Positions 1 through 9,422 are shown, numbered from the stretch's first letter. The stretch: DNA of 64,000 bases from Bacillota bacterium (GCA_044426085.1 JAWXUU010000007.1:27412-91411), one strand, 5' to 3'. Numbers and translations: made by a program. The notes: generated from the letters alone by a model not told the origin.

Positions 1-3000
1 CAACTTACACTGCATCTCAAGGCTTGCTTTTGATGATTCCAAACATGTACAAAATTGCTGGTGAATTGTTGCCAACAGTTTTCCACGTTTCTGCTCGTGC
101 ACTTGCTGCTCATGCCCTTTCAATCTTTGGTGATCATTCGGACGTTATGGCTTGTAGAAACACTGGTTTTGCAATGCTTGCAAGTTCATCAGTTCAAGAA
201 GCAATGGACTTAGGTCTTGTTTCTCACCTTTCTACACTTACTTCAAAAGTTCCTTTCCTTCATTTCTTTGATGGTTTCAGAACTTCTCATGAAGTTTCAA
301 AAATCGACGTTATCGATTATGAAGAAATGAAACCTCTTATCGATATGGACGCAGTTGCTGATTTCAGAGCAAGAGCTTTGAACCCAGAACATCCACATCA
401 AAAAGGTACTGCTCAAAACCCAGATATCTACTTCCAAAACAGAGAAGCTGCAAACAAATATTACAACGCAGTTCCTGCAATCGTTGAAGAAAATATGGCT
501 AAAGTTTCTGCAATCACAGGAAGAAGCTATAACCTATTTGATTTCTACGGCGCTGAAGATGCAACAGAAGTTATCGTTTTGATGGGCTCTGGTGCAGACA
601 CTTGTATGGAAGCTATTGATTATTTGAACGCTAACGGCAAAAAAGTTGGTATGATTCAAGTCAGACTTTACCGTCCATTCGTTCAAGAAAAATTCATCGG
701 TGCAATTCCAGCGTCTTGTAAAAAAATCGCTGTTCTTGACAGAACTAAAGAACCTGGTTCTATGGGTGAACCACTATACCTTGACGTTTGCTCTACTCTT
801 CTTGAACAAGGCAAAAAAGATATCGACGTTGTTGGCGGAAGATACGGTCTTGGCTCTAAAGAATTCACTCCTTCAATGATTGGCGCAATCTTTGCTAACC
901 TTGAATTGGAAACTCCTAAAAACCACTTCACTGTTGGTATTGTGGACGACGTGACAAACACTTCTCTTCCAGCGGGCGACAAAATCGACGCTTCTCCTGA
1001 AGGTATGATCCGTTGCAAATTCTATGGTCTTGGCTCAGACGGTACTGTTGGTGCAAACAAAAACTCAATCAAAATCATCGGTGACCACACTGATAAATAC
1101 GCTCAAGGTTACTTCGTTTATGACTCTAAGAAATCTGGTGGTATCACAATTTCCCACTTGAGATTCGGTGACCAACCAATCAAATCAGCATACCTTATTG
1201 ACACTGCTGACTTCATCGCTTGTCATAACTCTTCATACGTTACTCGTTACGATATGATCACTGACCTTAAAGAAGGCGGTATTTTCCTTTTGAACTCTGC
1301 TTGGAGCTCTCTTGAAGCAATGGAAGCTAATCTTCCTGCATCAGTGAAAAATGCCATCGCTAAAAAAGGCGCTAAACTTTACAATTTGAACGCTCTTGAC
1401 GTTACTGCAAAAGTTGGTCTTGGAAACAGAATCAACGCGGTTATGCAAGCTGCATTCTTCAAACTTGCTGAAGTTATTCCATACGAAGAAGCTTCAGATT
1501 ATATGAAACAAGCTGTTAAAAAATCATACGGCAAAAAAGGTGACGCGGTTGTTAAAATGAACTGTGACGCAATTGACCTTGCCATTGATGCTCTTGTTGA
1601 AATCGCTTACCCAGAATCATGGGCGACTACAACTGAAGGTGCTCCACTTGCTTCTATCCCTGCAAATGAATATTTCGAAACTGTTGTTCATCCAATTCTT
1701 GCACAAGAAGGGGACAAACTTCCAGTTTCTGCTTTCAATGCTGACGGCTCTGTTCCAACAGCTACAACTCAATTCGAAAAACGTGGTATTGCAAACAAAG
1801 TTCCAAAATGGATCAAAGAAAACTGTATCCAATGTAACCAATGTTCTTTCGTTTGTCCTCACGCAGTTATCAGACCAGTTGTTTGTGAATCTGTTGCTGA
1901 CGCTCCTGCTTCTTTCGAAACAAAAGATTGCACTGGCAAACCTGGCTTCCAATACAGAATGCAAATTTCTCCACTAGACTGCTCTGGTTGTGGCGTTTGT
2001 GCAAATGTTTGTCCTGCTAAGAACAAAGCTTTGGAAATGGTTACTCTTGCTTCTGTTGTTGAAGTTGAAACTGCAAACTATGAATATTCACTTGCTGTTC
2101 CTGAAATTCCAAACACATTCAACAAATTCAGCGTTAAAGGTAGCCAATTCGAACAACCATTGTTTGAATTCTCTGGCGCTTGTGCTGGTTGTGGCGAAAC
2201 TCCTTACGTTAAAGTTATCACTCAATTGTTCGGTGACAGAATGGTGATTGCAAACGCAACTGGTTGTTCTTCAATCTACGGCGGTTCTGCACCAACTTGT
2301 CCTTACACTGTTAACAAAAAAGGTCACGGTCCTGCTTGGGCAAACAGCTTGTTCGAAGATAACGCAGAATTCGGTTACGGCATGAATCTTGCATACGCTG
2401 CAAAACGTGCTAACCTAACTGAAAACATGCAAAATGCTATCGCACTTGGTGTAGACGCTGATACAGCTGCTGCTTACCAAACTTGGATTGACAATAAAAA
2501 TGATGCTGAAGCTTCTAAAACTGCAACTGAAGCTGTGAAAGCAACATTCGGAAAAGCTTACGATGGCGAACTTGGCGAACTTGTTGCAACTATTGAAGCT
2601 GCTGCTGATTGCCTAGTTAAAAAATCAATCTGGATCTTCGGTGGCGACGGTTGGGCATACGACATCGGTTACGGCGGTCTTGACCACGTTATCGCAATGG
2701 GCGAAGATGTGAACATCCTTGTTCTTGACACTGAAGTTTATTCAAACACTGGTGGTCAAGCTTCTAAATCAACTCCAACTGGTGCGATTGCAAAATTCGC
2801 AGCTGCTGGTAAGAACATCAAGAAGAAAGACCTTGGTATGATCGCAATGAGCTACGGATATGTTTATGTTGCACAATGTTCTATGGGTGCAAACCAAACT
2901 CAATTCGTGAATGCAATCAAAGAAGCTGAAGCTTACAATGGTCCTTCACTTATCATCTGCTACGCTCCATGTATTAACCATGGTATCAACATGAGCATGA

Positions 3001-3260
3001 CTCAAAACGAAATGAAACGTGCCGTTGAAGCTGGTTACTGGTCACTTTACAGATACAACCCAACTTTGATTGAAGCTGGTAAAAACCCATTCACTCTTGA
3101 CAGCAAAAACCAAACTACTGAAAAATACCAAGACTTCATTGGTTCAGAAGTTAGATATGCTTCACTCAAGAAACAAAATCCAGAAAAAGCTACTGCTCTC
3201 TTCGAAAGAGCTGAAGTTGAAGCTGCAAACAGAATTGAGTCTTACAAAAAACTTACTTAA
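1..3260 (+). CDS. nifJ: Pyruvate:ferredoxin (flavodoxin) oxidoreductase, 5'-truncated at window edge
   Basis: The frame is open from base 3 (TYTASQGLLLMIPNMYKIAGELLP...). Two 4Fe-4S motifs (CIQCNQCSFVCP, CSGCGVCANVCP) and a TPP-binding GGDGWAYDIGYGGLDH. More than 1078 aa visible. Stop TAA at 3258-3260. Confidence 0.97.
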   Translation, partial: TYTASQGLLLMIPNMYKIAGELLPTVFHVSARALAAHALSIFGDHSDVMACRNTGFAMLASSSVQEAMDLGLVSHLSTLTSKVPFLHFFDGFRTSHEVSKIDVIDYEEMKPLIDMDAVADFRARALNPEHPHQKGTAQNPDIYFQNREAANKYYNAVPAIVEENMAKVSAITGRSYNLFDFYGAEDATEVIVLMGSGADTCMEAIDYLNANGKKVGMIQVRLYRPFVQEKFIGAIPASCKKIAVLDRTKEPGSMGEPLYLDVCSTLLEQGKKDIDVVGGRYGLGSKEFTPSMIGAIFANLELETPKNHFTVGIVDDVTNTSLPAGDKIDASPEGMIRCKFYGLGSDGTVGANKNSIKIIGDHTDKYAQGYFVYDSKKSGGITISHLRFGDQPIKSAYLIDTADFIACHNSSYVTRYDMITDLKEGGIFLLNSAWSSLEAMEANLPASVKNAIAKKGAKLYNLNALDVTAKVGLGNRINAVMQAAFFKLAEVIPYEEASDYMKQAVKKSYGKKGDAVVKMNCDAIDLAIDALVEIAYPESWATTTEGAPLASIPANEYFETVVHPILAQEGDKLPVSAFNADGSVPTATTQFEKRGIANKVPKWIKENCIQCNQCSFVCPHAVIRPVVCESVADAPASFETKDCTGKPGFQYRMQISPLDCSGCGVCANVCPAKNKALEMVTLASVVEVETANYEYSLAVPEIPNTFNKFSVKGSQFEQPLFEFSGACAGCGETPYVKVITQLFGDRMVIANATGCSSIYGGSAPTCPYTVNKKGHGPAWANSLFEDNAEFGYGMNLAYAAKRANLTENMQNAIALGVDADTAAAYQTWIDNKNDAEASKTATEAVKATFGKAYDGELGELVATIEAAADCLVKKSIWIFGGDGWAYDIGYGGLDHVIAMGEDVNILVLDTEVYSNTGGQASKSTPTGAIAKFAAAGKNIKKKDLGMIAMSYGYVYVAQCSMGANQTQFVNAIKEAEAYNGPSLIICYAPCINHGINMSMTQNEMKRAVEAGYWSLYRYNPTLIEAGKNPFTLDSKNQTTEKYQDFIGSEVRYASLKKQNPEKATALFERAEVEAANRIESYKKLT

Positions 3261-3291
3261 TTCAAAATGAGATAATCCTATAATATCAAAA

Positions 3292-3321
3292 GGTGTGGAA
3301 GACGTTCCACACCTTTTTTTT
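3292..3321 (+). terminator. Rho-independent terminator of nifJ
   Basis: Stem GGTGTGGAA / TTCCACACC with loop GACG, followed by T8. Confidence 0.85.
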
Positions 3322-3343
3322 ATTTAGTTTGATTTGTTTAGTT

Positions 3344-3436
3344 GGTTTGTTGGTTTGTTTGTTTGTTGGTTTGTTTGTTGGTTTGTTTGTTGGTTTGTTT
3401 GTTGGTTTGTTGGTTTGTTGGTTTGTTGGTTTGATT
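3344..3436. repeat. Compound microsatellite GG(TTTG)nTT
   Basis: GG-initiated units start at 3344, 3352, 3368, 3380, 3392, 3404, 3412, 3420 and 3428. Unit lengths are 8, 16, 12, 12, 12, 8, 8, 8 and 9 nt. No start codon and no ORF. It lies between two terminators. Confidence 0.9.
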
Positions 3437-3456
3437 GGTTTTTGATTTTTTGCATA

Positions 3457-3491
3457 ACAAAAGGGAGCGTTTGATTGCTCCCTTATTTTTT
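3457..3491. terminator. Bidirectional terminator hairpin
   Basis: Stem AAGGGAGC / GCTCCCTT with an 8-nt loop. A-run upstream and T-run downstream. Serves the minus-strand exonuclease gene. Confidence 0.75.
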
Positions 3492-3524
3492 GATTTATGT
3501 TGTTGTATCTTACGTTGTTTTAGC

Positions 3525-4616
3525 TTATGTTTCGTTTTGTTTTGTGCTTGAACCGAGTCTGTTTTCTCTTGCTATTTTTTTATAGCGTTCTTTTTTTACT
3601 TCCTTTTTGTGGTTGCAAAGTGTTTTCCAATCGTCGAATTTCATTTCTGGGATTTCGCCAAGCATTTTTATAAATTCTGATTTTTCCATTGTGGAAACCT
3701 TTTCGCCGTGGGCAATTCTTCTTTCGAAAAGGATGTCTTTATCCCCTTCTTTTTCGCTGTCTATTATGAGATATTTGCTCCATTTTGCCATGCCGTTATA
3801 TTTGCCACCTAGTGCATATAACCTTGCGATAAGGCGTCTTGTGAAGTTTATATCTTCATATTCCCACGTATCGGAAAAGCAAACACCCTTGCCGTTTAAA
3901 AATGGGCGCGCAGATTTTTCACGCTTTTCTTCTTTTTGCGATTCGATAAAGCTGTGCATTAAAATCTTTTTTGATTTTACAGTTGAAAGTGCGACTCTTT
4001 TTGAATAATTTTCGTCGCCGACAATCACTTGTTCTTTTTTGTTTGTTTGGAATTTCTTTTTATATTTTGTCATGAACTCTTCAAAAGAAACACCCAGTTC
4101 TTGCAGGATTTTTTCGAATATAGTTGCTGTGACAAAGGCATCTTCATCTGAGCGGTGTGGCAGAAATTCTATTTCGTATCTTTCGGCAAGTTTAGAAAGA
4201 CCTTCGAAGTTTTCTGTTTCGAACACTTGTTTGTGGATTTTTTGCACGTCGATATATGAAAATTCTATTCTTTCAAGACCGTATTCGTCGCACGCGTTGT
4301 TCAAAAAGTTTAGGTCATTAGAAATTGAAAAGCCAAGCACAAGCTGTTTTGATTGAAGGATTTCTTTGATTTGATTGTATAAAACGGGAAATTTTGGTGA
4401 TTTCATGAAAGCGTCTTCGCTGTATGCCAGTTCGATTCCGTTGCCACCCCTTCCTGAAGATAGCTTGAAAGAAGCGACCATTGGACGCATCAAGATGTCT
4501 TCCTTTTTTATTTTATTGCAATCTTTATCGAAAACAGCATATCCAAAACTGCACATGCTTGCACCGACGTTTTTTCCGTTGCAACTTTCTATATCAAACG
4601 ATACGTATCCTTCCAA
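3525..4616 (-). CDS. DEDDh (DnaQ-like) 3'-5' exonuclease with C-terminal BRCT-like domain
   Basis: Exo motifs FDIES, LGFSISNDLNFL and HRSDEDAF. The C-terminal region GKGVCFSDTW...LGGKY...YLIIDSE is BRCT-like. I prefer a TTG start at 4616, 7 nt after AGGAG (4628-4624). The ATG at 4688 from the ORF track would overlap proS by 32 nt. Confidence 0.7.
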   Translation of the reverse strand: MEGYVSFDIESCNGKNVGASMCSFGYAVFDKDCNKIKKEDILMRPMVASFKLSSGRGGNGIELAYSEDAFMKSPKFPVLYNQIKEILQSKQLVLGFSISNDLNFLNNACDEYGLERIEFSYIDVQKIHKQVFETENFEGLSKLAERYEIEFLPHRSDEDAFVTATIFEKILQELGVSFEEFMTKYKKKFQTNKKEQVIVGDENYSKRVALSTVKSKKILMHSFIESQKEEKREKSARPFLNGKGVCFSDTWEYEDINFTRRLIARLYALGGKYNGMAKWSKYLIIDSEKEGDKDILFERRIAHGEKVSTMEKSEFIKMLGEIPEMKFDDWKTLCNHKKEVKKERYKKIARENRLGSSTKQNET

Positions 4617-4656
4617 AACTGTACTCCTATTATGTTTTTTCGTGTTGAATTTTTTG

Positions 4657-6384
4657 TTACGCTTGCAATTCAGCCATTTTTTCAGCAATGATTTCTTTGC
4701 ATTTTGATGTTACTTCAGAAATTGCAACGCTGAATGGTTCGCAAGAGCCGTCACGCATTGTGATTTCTGCTGTGCCTGCTTCTAGGCTTCTTGGTGAAAC
4801 AACAACTCTGATTGGCATGCCAAGAAGTTCGGCATCTTTGAATTTTACGCCTGGTGATTGTTTTCTATCGTCAAAAATAACTTCAACGCCCGCTTTCAAC
4901 ATTTCTTTATAAAGTTTTTCGCTTTCTGCTTTAACGTTTTCATCGTTTGGCTTCACATTTGCAAGGTAAACTTGCCATGGAGTGATACTCATTGGCCAGA
5001 TGATACCTTTTTCATCGTGGCTTTCTTCAACCACGCTTGCCATTGCTCTTCCAACCCCGATGCCGTAGCAACCCATGATTGGCGTGATTGCTTTGCCGTT
5101 TTCATCGAGAACTGTCATGCCCATTGCTTTTGAATATTTTGTGCCAAGTTGGAAGATATTGCCAACTTCAATGCCGTTGTGGATTCCAAGTGGTTTTCCG
5201 CAAACTGGGCAGAATTCGCCTTCTTCAACTTTCTTTAGGTCGAAGAATTTTGCACCTTTCAAATCTCTTGCTACATTCACACCCGTGATGTGATATTCAG
5301 GTCTGTTTGCACCGCAAGACATGTTGAAAGCGCCTTTGAGTGATTCGTCATAAACGATTACGATTTTCTTATCTTCAAGACCAAATGGTCCGATGTTGCC
5401 GGCACAAAGAATGCCGTCTGCAAGATCCGCTGGAACGATGTCCTCACCGATTGCTTTTTTAAGTTTTGCTTCGTTGATTTCGAAGTTGCCACGGATAAAT
5501 GCTAGAACTAGGCGTTCGTTGTCACCTTTGATTGCGTATGAAACTGCTTTCATTGCGTTTTCTGTTGGTGTTCCCAAATATTCGCAAACTTGGTCGATAT
5601 CGTGTGCTTCTGCTGTGAAGACTTCTTTCATTTCGCAGTCCGCACCGTAATCAAAGGCTGGATAACTTGAAACTGCAACTTCCATATTGGCTTTATAGTC
5701 GCATTCATCACAAATGACGATTTTGTCTTCGCCGATTTCTGTTAGCAGCATGAATTCGTGAGCGACACTGCCACCCATCATGCCTGTATCTGATTTCACG
5801 GCGATGAAGTTTTTCATGCCGATTCTTTTGAATATGCGGTTATAAGCTTCGAAATATTCGCCGTATGTTTCTTCCAAACATTCTTGCGATGTGTGGAAAG
5901 AATACGCGTCTTTCATTGTGAATTCGCGAACGCGGATGAGTCCTGCTCTTGCACGAGGTTCGTCGCGGAATTTTGTTTGGATTTGATAGATACTTGATGG
6001 GAGTTGGTTATATGAAGTCACGATGTTTCTCGCCATGTGAACGGCTGCTTCTTCGTGAGTCATGCCAAGAAGCATATCTTTATCGCTTCTGTCTTTAAAT
6101 CTTGCAAGTTCACTGCCAATTGCGCTGTATCTTCCGCTTTCGTCCCAAAGTTCTCTTGGCATAACGACTGGGAAAAGCACTTCTTGAGCACCGATTCCGT
6201 CCATTTCTTCGCGGATAATTCTTTCAATTTTTAGTTGAGCTCTTTTTGCGGGCGGAAGAAGTGAATAGATGCCGTTTGCAACACCTTTGATATAGCCTGC
6301 TCTTGTCATGAGTGCGTGTGATGCGATTGTGATGTCTGCTGGGTTTTCTCTTAGTCTTACGCCAACAAGTTTTGAAATTTTCAT
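4657..6384 (-). CDS. proS: Prolyl-tRNA synthetase (bacterial type with INS editing domain)
   Basis: 575 aa with class II aaRS motifs (FRDEPRARAGLIRVREF, GCYGIGVGR) and an inserted editing domain. Confidence 0.97.
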   Translation of the reverse strand: MKISKLVGVRLRENPADITIASHALMTRAGYIKGVANGIYSLLPPAKRAQLKIERIIREEMDGIGAQEVLFPVVMPRELWDESGRYSAIGSELARFKDRSDKDMLLGMTHEEAAVHMARNIVTSYNQLPSSIYQIQTKFRDEPRARAGLIRVREFTMKDAYSFHTSQECLEETYGEYFEAYNRIFKRIGMKNFIAVKSDTGMMGGSVAHEFMLLTEIGEDKIVICDECDYKANMEVAVSSYPAFDYGADCEMKEVFTAEAHDIDQVCEYLGTPTENAMKAVSYAIKGDNERLVLAFIRGNFEINEAKLKKAIGEDIVPADLADGILCAGNIGPFGLEDKKIVIVYDESLKGAFNMSCGANRPEYHITGVNVARDLKGAKFFDLKKVEEGEFCPVCGKPLGIHNGIEVGNIFQLGTKYSKAMGMTVLDENGKAITPIMGCYGIGVGRAMASVVEESHDEKGIIWPMSITPWQVYLANVKPNDENVKAESEKLYKEMLKAGVEVIFDDRKQSPGVKFKDAELLGMPIRVVVSPRSLEAGTAEITMRDGSCEPFSVAISEVTSKCKEIIAEKMAELQA

Positions 6385-6503
6385 TTTTCTTCCTCCGAAA
6401 CTGTTACTTTTTTATATTTTTTTATTATTATTTATTAATTTTTGTTCTTTTATATATACAATATTATATAACGTTTTATATGCATGATAGTTTGCACTTA
6501 AAA

Positions 6504-6532
6504 ATTATATTTGATTTGTGTTGATTTGTCAA
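6504..6532 (-). promoter_or_regulatory. Sigma-A type promoter for proS
   Basis: Minus strand reads TTGACA, a 17-nt spacer, then TATAAT (-35 at 6532-6527, -10 at 6509-6504). No T-box-like GC-rich leader is visible. Confidence 0.6.
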
Positions 6533-6610
6533 ACCTTTTGATTTGTTTTTGCATAAATATGGCTTTTTTTCATAGTATATAATCAAAAGGGGTTCATTTG
6601 GTGGTTTGAT

Positions 6611-6871
6611 ATGATTTTGATTTCAGTTTTCGTTTGTTTTTTCATTGGGGTTTTGCTTATCACAATATCTAGTTTTCTTGCGGGGATTTCTGAAAAGTTT
6701 CTCGCGTTCTTGCTTGTTTCTTCCATGCTTTCGGGATTTTTATATTTCACCTTCAACCTTTTTTCCGTTTCGCTTTTTCCACTTTCCGAAACAATGGCAT
6801 TGCTTTGCGGATATTTAGGGGTTTTTGGGTTGCTTGCAATTTTTTTGATGAATGCTCTGCCAATGTTGTGA
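6611..6871 (+). CDS. Hypothetical small membrane protein (86 aa, about 3 TM helices)
   Basis: Hydrophobic ORF preceded by a GGTGG/AAGGGG RBS-like sequence and a TTGCAT-18-TAGTAT promoter-like sequence. No homology recognised. A competing minus-strand ORF exists. Confidence 0.35.
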   Translation: MILISVFVCFFIGVLLITISSFLAGISEKFLAFLLVSSMLSGFLYFTFNLFSVSLFPLSETMALLCGYLGVFGLLAIFLMNALPML

Positions 6872-6943
6872 CTTGATATAACATCGAAATTGCACATATA
6901 AATTACACTGCTGTTTACAATATTTAGACATCTTTTACACTGT

Positions 6944-6972
6944 TTGACAAAGAATTTTCATTGTGATATAAT
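6944..6972 (+). promoter_or_regulatory. Sigma-A type promoter for the amino-acid ABC operon
   Basis: TTGACA (6944-6949), 17-nt spacer, TATAAT (6967-6972). AAGGAGAG RBS before the ATG at 7008. Confidence 0.6.
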
Positions 6973-7007
6973 ATTAACATATTTTAACATTTAAGGAGAG
7001 ATTTATT

Positions 7008-7766
7008 ATGAAAAAAGTAAAAAAAATACTAGCATTGCTACTTGTGGCAATTATGGCATTCTCACTTGTTGGTTGCGGATCATCTTCTGATGCAGATTAC
7101 ATCATCGCTTCAGATACAACATTTGCACCATTTGAATATGCAGATGCATCAGGTACTTACGTTGGTATCGACGTTGACATCATCAACGCTATTGCTGAAG
7201 ACCAAGGCTTCACTATTGAAGTTCAACACATTGGTTTTGACGCTGCTCTTGCAGCTGTTCAATCAGGACAAGCTGATGGAGTCATTGCTGGTTGCTCAAT
7301 CACTGACGTTAGAAAAGAAACTTATGATTTCTCAGATTCTTACTATTCTTCAGGCGTAGTTATGGGTATCGCTCAAAGCAATACATCAATCACATCATAC
7401 AATGACCTTTCTGGCAAAAAACTTGCTGTTAAAAGCGGAACTGAAGGTTATGCATGGGCTGAATTGAATGCAAGTGTTTACGGTTTCACATATGATGTTT
7501 ATGAAGATTCATCTGCTATGTATCTAGCAGTTTCATCTGGTGGTGCAGACGCATGTTTTGAAGATTATGCTGTTCTAGGATACGGAATTTCAACTGGCTC
7601 TATCCCACTAAAAATCGTTACTGAAGCTGAACCAGGTACACCATACGGTTTTGCTGTTTTGAAAGGCGAAAACGCTGAACTTCTTTCAATGTTCAACGCT
7701 GGTCTTGCAAACATTATGGCTAACGGAACATATGACGAAATCATCGCAAAATACATTCAGGAGTAA
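7008..7766 (+). CDS. Polar amino-acid ABC transporter substrate-binding lipoprotein
   Basis: Signal peptide with lipobox LVGCGSS. Family-3 SBP features (FAPFEY, GIDVDI, DGVIAGCSIT). Confidence 0.9.
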   Translation: MKKVKKILALLLVAIMAFSLVGCGSSSDADYIIASDTTFAPFEYADASGTYVGIDVDIINAIAEDQGFTIEVQHIGFDAALAAVQSGQADGVIAGCSITDVRKETYDFSDSYYSSGVVMGIAQSNTSITSYNDLSGKKLAVKSGTEGYAWAELNASVYGFTYDVYEDSSAMYLAVSSGGADACFEDYAVLGYGISTGSIPLKIVTEAEPGTPYGFAVLKGENAELLSMFNAGLANIMANGTYDEIIAKYIQE

Positions 7767-7775
7767 TATTTACAC

Positions 7776-8468
7776 ATGGCATTTTTTGAATCTTTCATCG
7801 AATACTTAAGCCTTTTTTGGACATATGCGCCAAGACTGCTCAGTGGTTTGTTGATAACAATGGAATTAACAACTTTTTCTTTACTTATTGCAATAGTCTT
7901 AGGTCTTGCGACTTGTTTTTGCAAAATTTCAAAGTATAAAGTCTTGCGCGGAATTGCAACGGCTTATGTTGATATCATAAGGGGTACACCTCTTATGGTT
8001 CAAGCATTCTTCCTTTATTTCGGGCTTACAAGTGCTTTTGGCTTCACAATGACTAGCTTTATTGCCGGCGTTGTTGTTTTGAGCATGAATGCAGGTGCTT
8101 ATCTTTCTGAGATTTTCAGAGGTGGTATCAACGCTATTAATAAAGGTCAAATGGAAGCTGCACTAAGCCTTGGATTGCCACAGTCTCGTGGTATGATGAA
8201 GGTTGTTTTGCCTCAAGCATTGAAAAATTCAATCCCTGCAACAGTGAATCAATTTATCATTACACTTAAAGATACTTCTATCATTTCAGTTATTGGTACT
8301 GCTGAACTAATGAACGTTAGTAAACAAATAGTTGGTTTTAACTTCAAGGCCTTTGAAATGTATTCAATTGCAGCAATTATGTATTTCATCGTGATTTTCA
8401 CACTCACAAAAATTGCAGGAAGAATTGAAAGGAGGTTTAGCAATGGCACAGAAAGTAGTAGTAAATAA
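7776..8468 (+). CDS. Polar amino-acid ABC transporter permease (HisM/GlnP family)
   Basis: 230 aa, multi-TM, with an EAA-loop-like [22 protein letters not shown]. Confidence 0.92.
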   Translation: MAFFESFIEYLSLFWTYAPRLLSGLLITMELTTFSLLIAIVLGLATCFCKISKYKVLRGIATAYVDIIRGTPLMVQAFFLYFGLTSAFGFTMTSFIAGVVVLSMNAGAYLSEIFRGGINAINKGQMEAALSLGLPQSRGMMKVVLPQALKNSIPATVNQFIITLKDTSIISVIGTAELMNVSKQIVGFNFKAFEMYSIAAIMYFIVIFTLTKIAGRIERRFSNGTESSSK

Positions 8469-9177
8469 TCTAGTTAAAAACTTTGGGGATCTTGAAGTTT
8501 TGAAAGATATCAGTTTGACTGTTGACGACGGTGAAGTTGTTTGCCTTATTGGACCTTCTGGGTCGGGTAAGTCTACCCTTCTTCGTTGCTTGAACAGACT
8601 TGAAATTTCATCAGGTGGAGAGATTTTCGTTGACGGATATGATATCGTTAGTGCAAACGCAAAGGAAATTGCTAAAATTCGTGAAAATATCGCAATGGTG
8701 TTCCAACAATTCAATCTTTTCCCACACCTTACTGTGGCAAAGAATATCATGATGGCACCCGTTGATAGAAAGCGTTCTACTAAGGAAGAAGCTGCGGCTG
8801 ATGCTGTTAGACTTCTTGATATGGTTGGACTTTCTGAAAAACACGACGAATACCCTTCTAATCTTTCGGGCGGTCAACAACAGCGTGTTGCAATCGCAAG
8901 AGCGCTTGCAATGAAACCTGATATCATGCTTTTTGATGAACCAACTTCTGCCCTAGACCCTGAAATGGTTGGCGAAGTTTTGGAAGTTATGAAAAAGCTT
9001 GCTTCTGATGGCACAACTATGATTGTGGTTACTCACGAAATGGGATTCGCAAGAGAAGTTGCCGACAGAGTTATCTTTATGGACGGTGGATACATCGTTG
9101 AACAAGGCGTGCCAGAAGATGTTTTTGGCAATCCACAAAATGAAAGAACTAAAGCATTTTTAAATAAAGTTTTGTAA
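8443..9177 (+). CDS. Polar amino-acid ABC transporter ATP-binding protein (GlnQ-like)
   Basis: Walker [10 protein letters not shown], signature LSGGQQQR, Walker [13 protein letters not shown]. Start moved to the ATG at 8443 (GGAGG 7 nt upstream). Confidence 0.95.
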   Translation: MAQKVVVNNLVKNFGDLEVLKDISLTVDDGEVVCLIGPSGSGKSTLLRCLNRLEISSGGEIFVDGYDIVSANAKEIAKIRENIAMVFQQFNLFPHLTVAKNIMMAPVDRKRSTKEEAAADAVRLLDMVGLSEKHDEYPSNLSGGQQQRVAIARALAMKPDIMLFDEPTSALDPEMVGEVLEVMKKLASDGTTMIVVTHEMGFAREVADRVIFMDGGYIVEQGVPEDVFGNPQNERTKAFLNKVL

Positions 9178-9197
9178 AATTTGCCTTTGGCAAATTT

Positions 9198-9422
9198 TAA
9201 ATTAAAAATTAAAAATTGAAAATTAAAAATTGTGGTATAGCACTCGCTTTGCTCGTGCATGCTATTATTTAGAAATTTAAAAAGGCAAAGGATTCTATAT
9301 TATCCTTTGCCTTTTATTCAATGTTTTAAATATTGAATGCACAGTGGCTATGCCACGTGCTTTACCACAATTTTTAATTTTTAATTTTTAATTTTTAATT
9401 TTTAATTTTTAATTTTTAATTT
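9198..9422. repeat. Inverted pair of (AATTTTT)n heptamer arrays with conserved 20-nt heads, bracketing a 113-nt core
   Basis: The reverse complement of 9198-9243 is GTGCTATACCACAATTTTTAATTTTCAATTTTTAATTTTTAATTTA. The plus strand at 9357-9422 is GTGCTTTACCAC followed by 7 AATTTTT units. Related arrays occur at 44173-44279 and 57915-57957. Confidence 0.85.
9279..9318 (+). terminator. Rho-independent terminator (likely for the ABC operon)
   Basis: Stem GGCAAAGGAT / ATCCTTTGCC with an 8-nt loop, followed by TTTTATT. Confidence 0.8.

Noticed and set aside
3344-3436. The GT microsatellite as a coding repeat (GLFV)n.
   Set aside because: No start codon, stops lie just upstream, the 8-nt units break the frame, and the tract sits between two terminators.
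6385-6503. T-box riboswitch expected upstream of proS (and similarly upstream of hisZ at 19894-19958).
   Set aside because: Both leaders are short and AT-rich. They lack the conserved T-box sequence, a specifier-loop architecture and a terminator/antiterminator pair.
6583-6897. 104-aa Lys-rich minus-strand ORF in the proS-ABC gap.
   Set aside because: No RBS. Its composition is what the complement of a T-rich stretch produces. The plus-strand membrane ORF is the better, though still weak, candidate.
8364-8750. 128-aa minus-strand ORF.
   Set aside because: It is antisense to the permease/ATPase junction of the ABC operon.
9357-9422. The heptamer arrays, here and at 44223-44279, might be CRISPR arrays.
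   Set aside because: The units are 7 nt with no spacers, there are no cas genes, and the period is far too short. These are tandem microsatellite-like arrays, not repeat-spacer structures.
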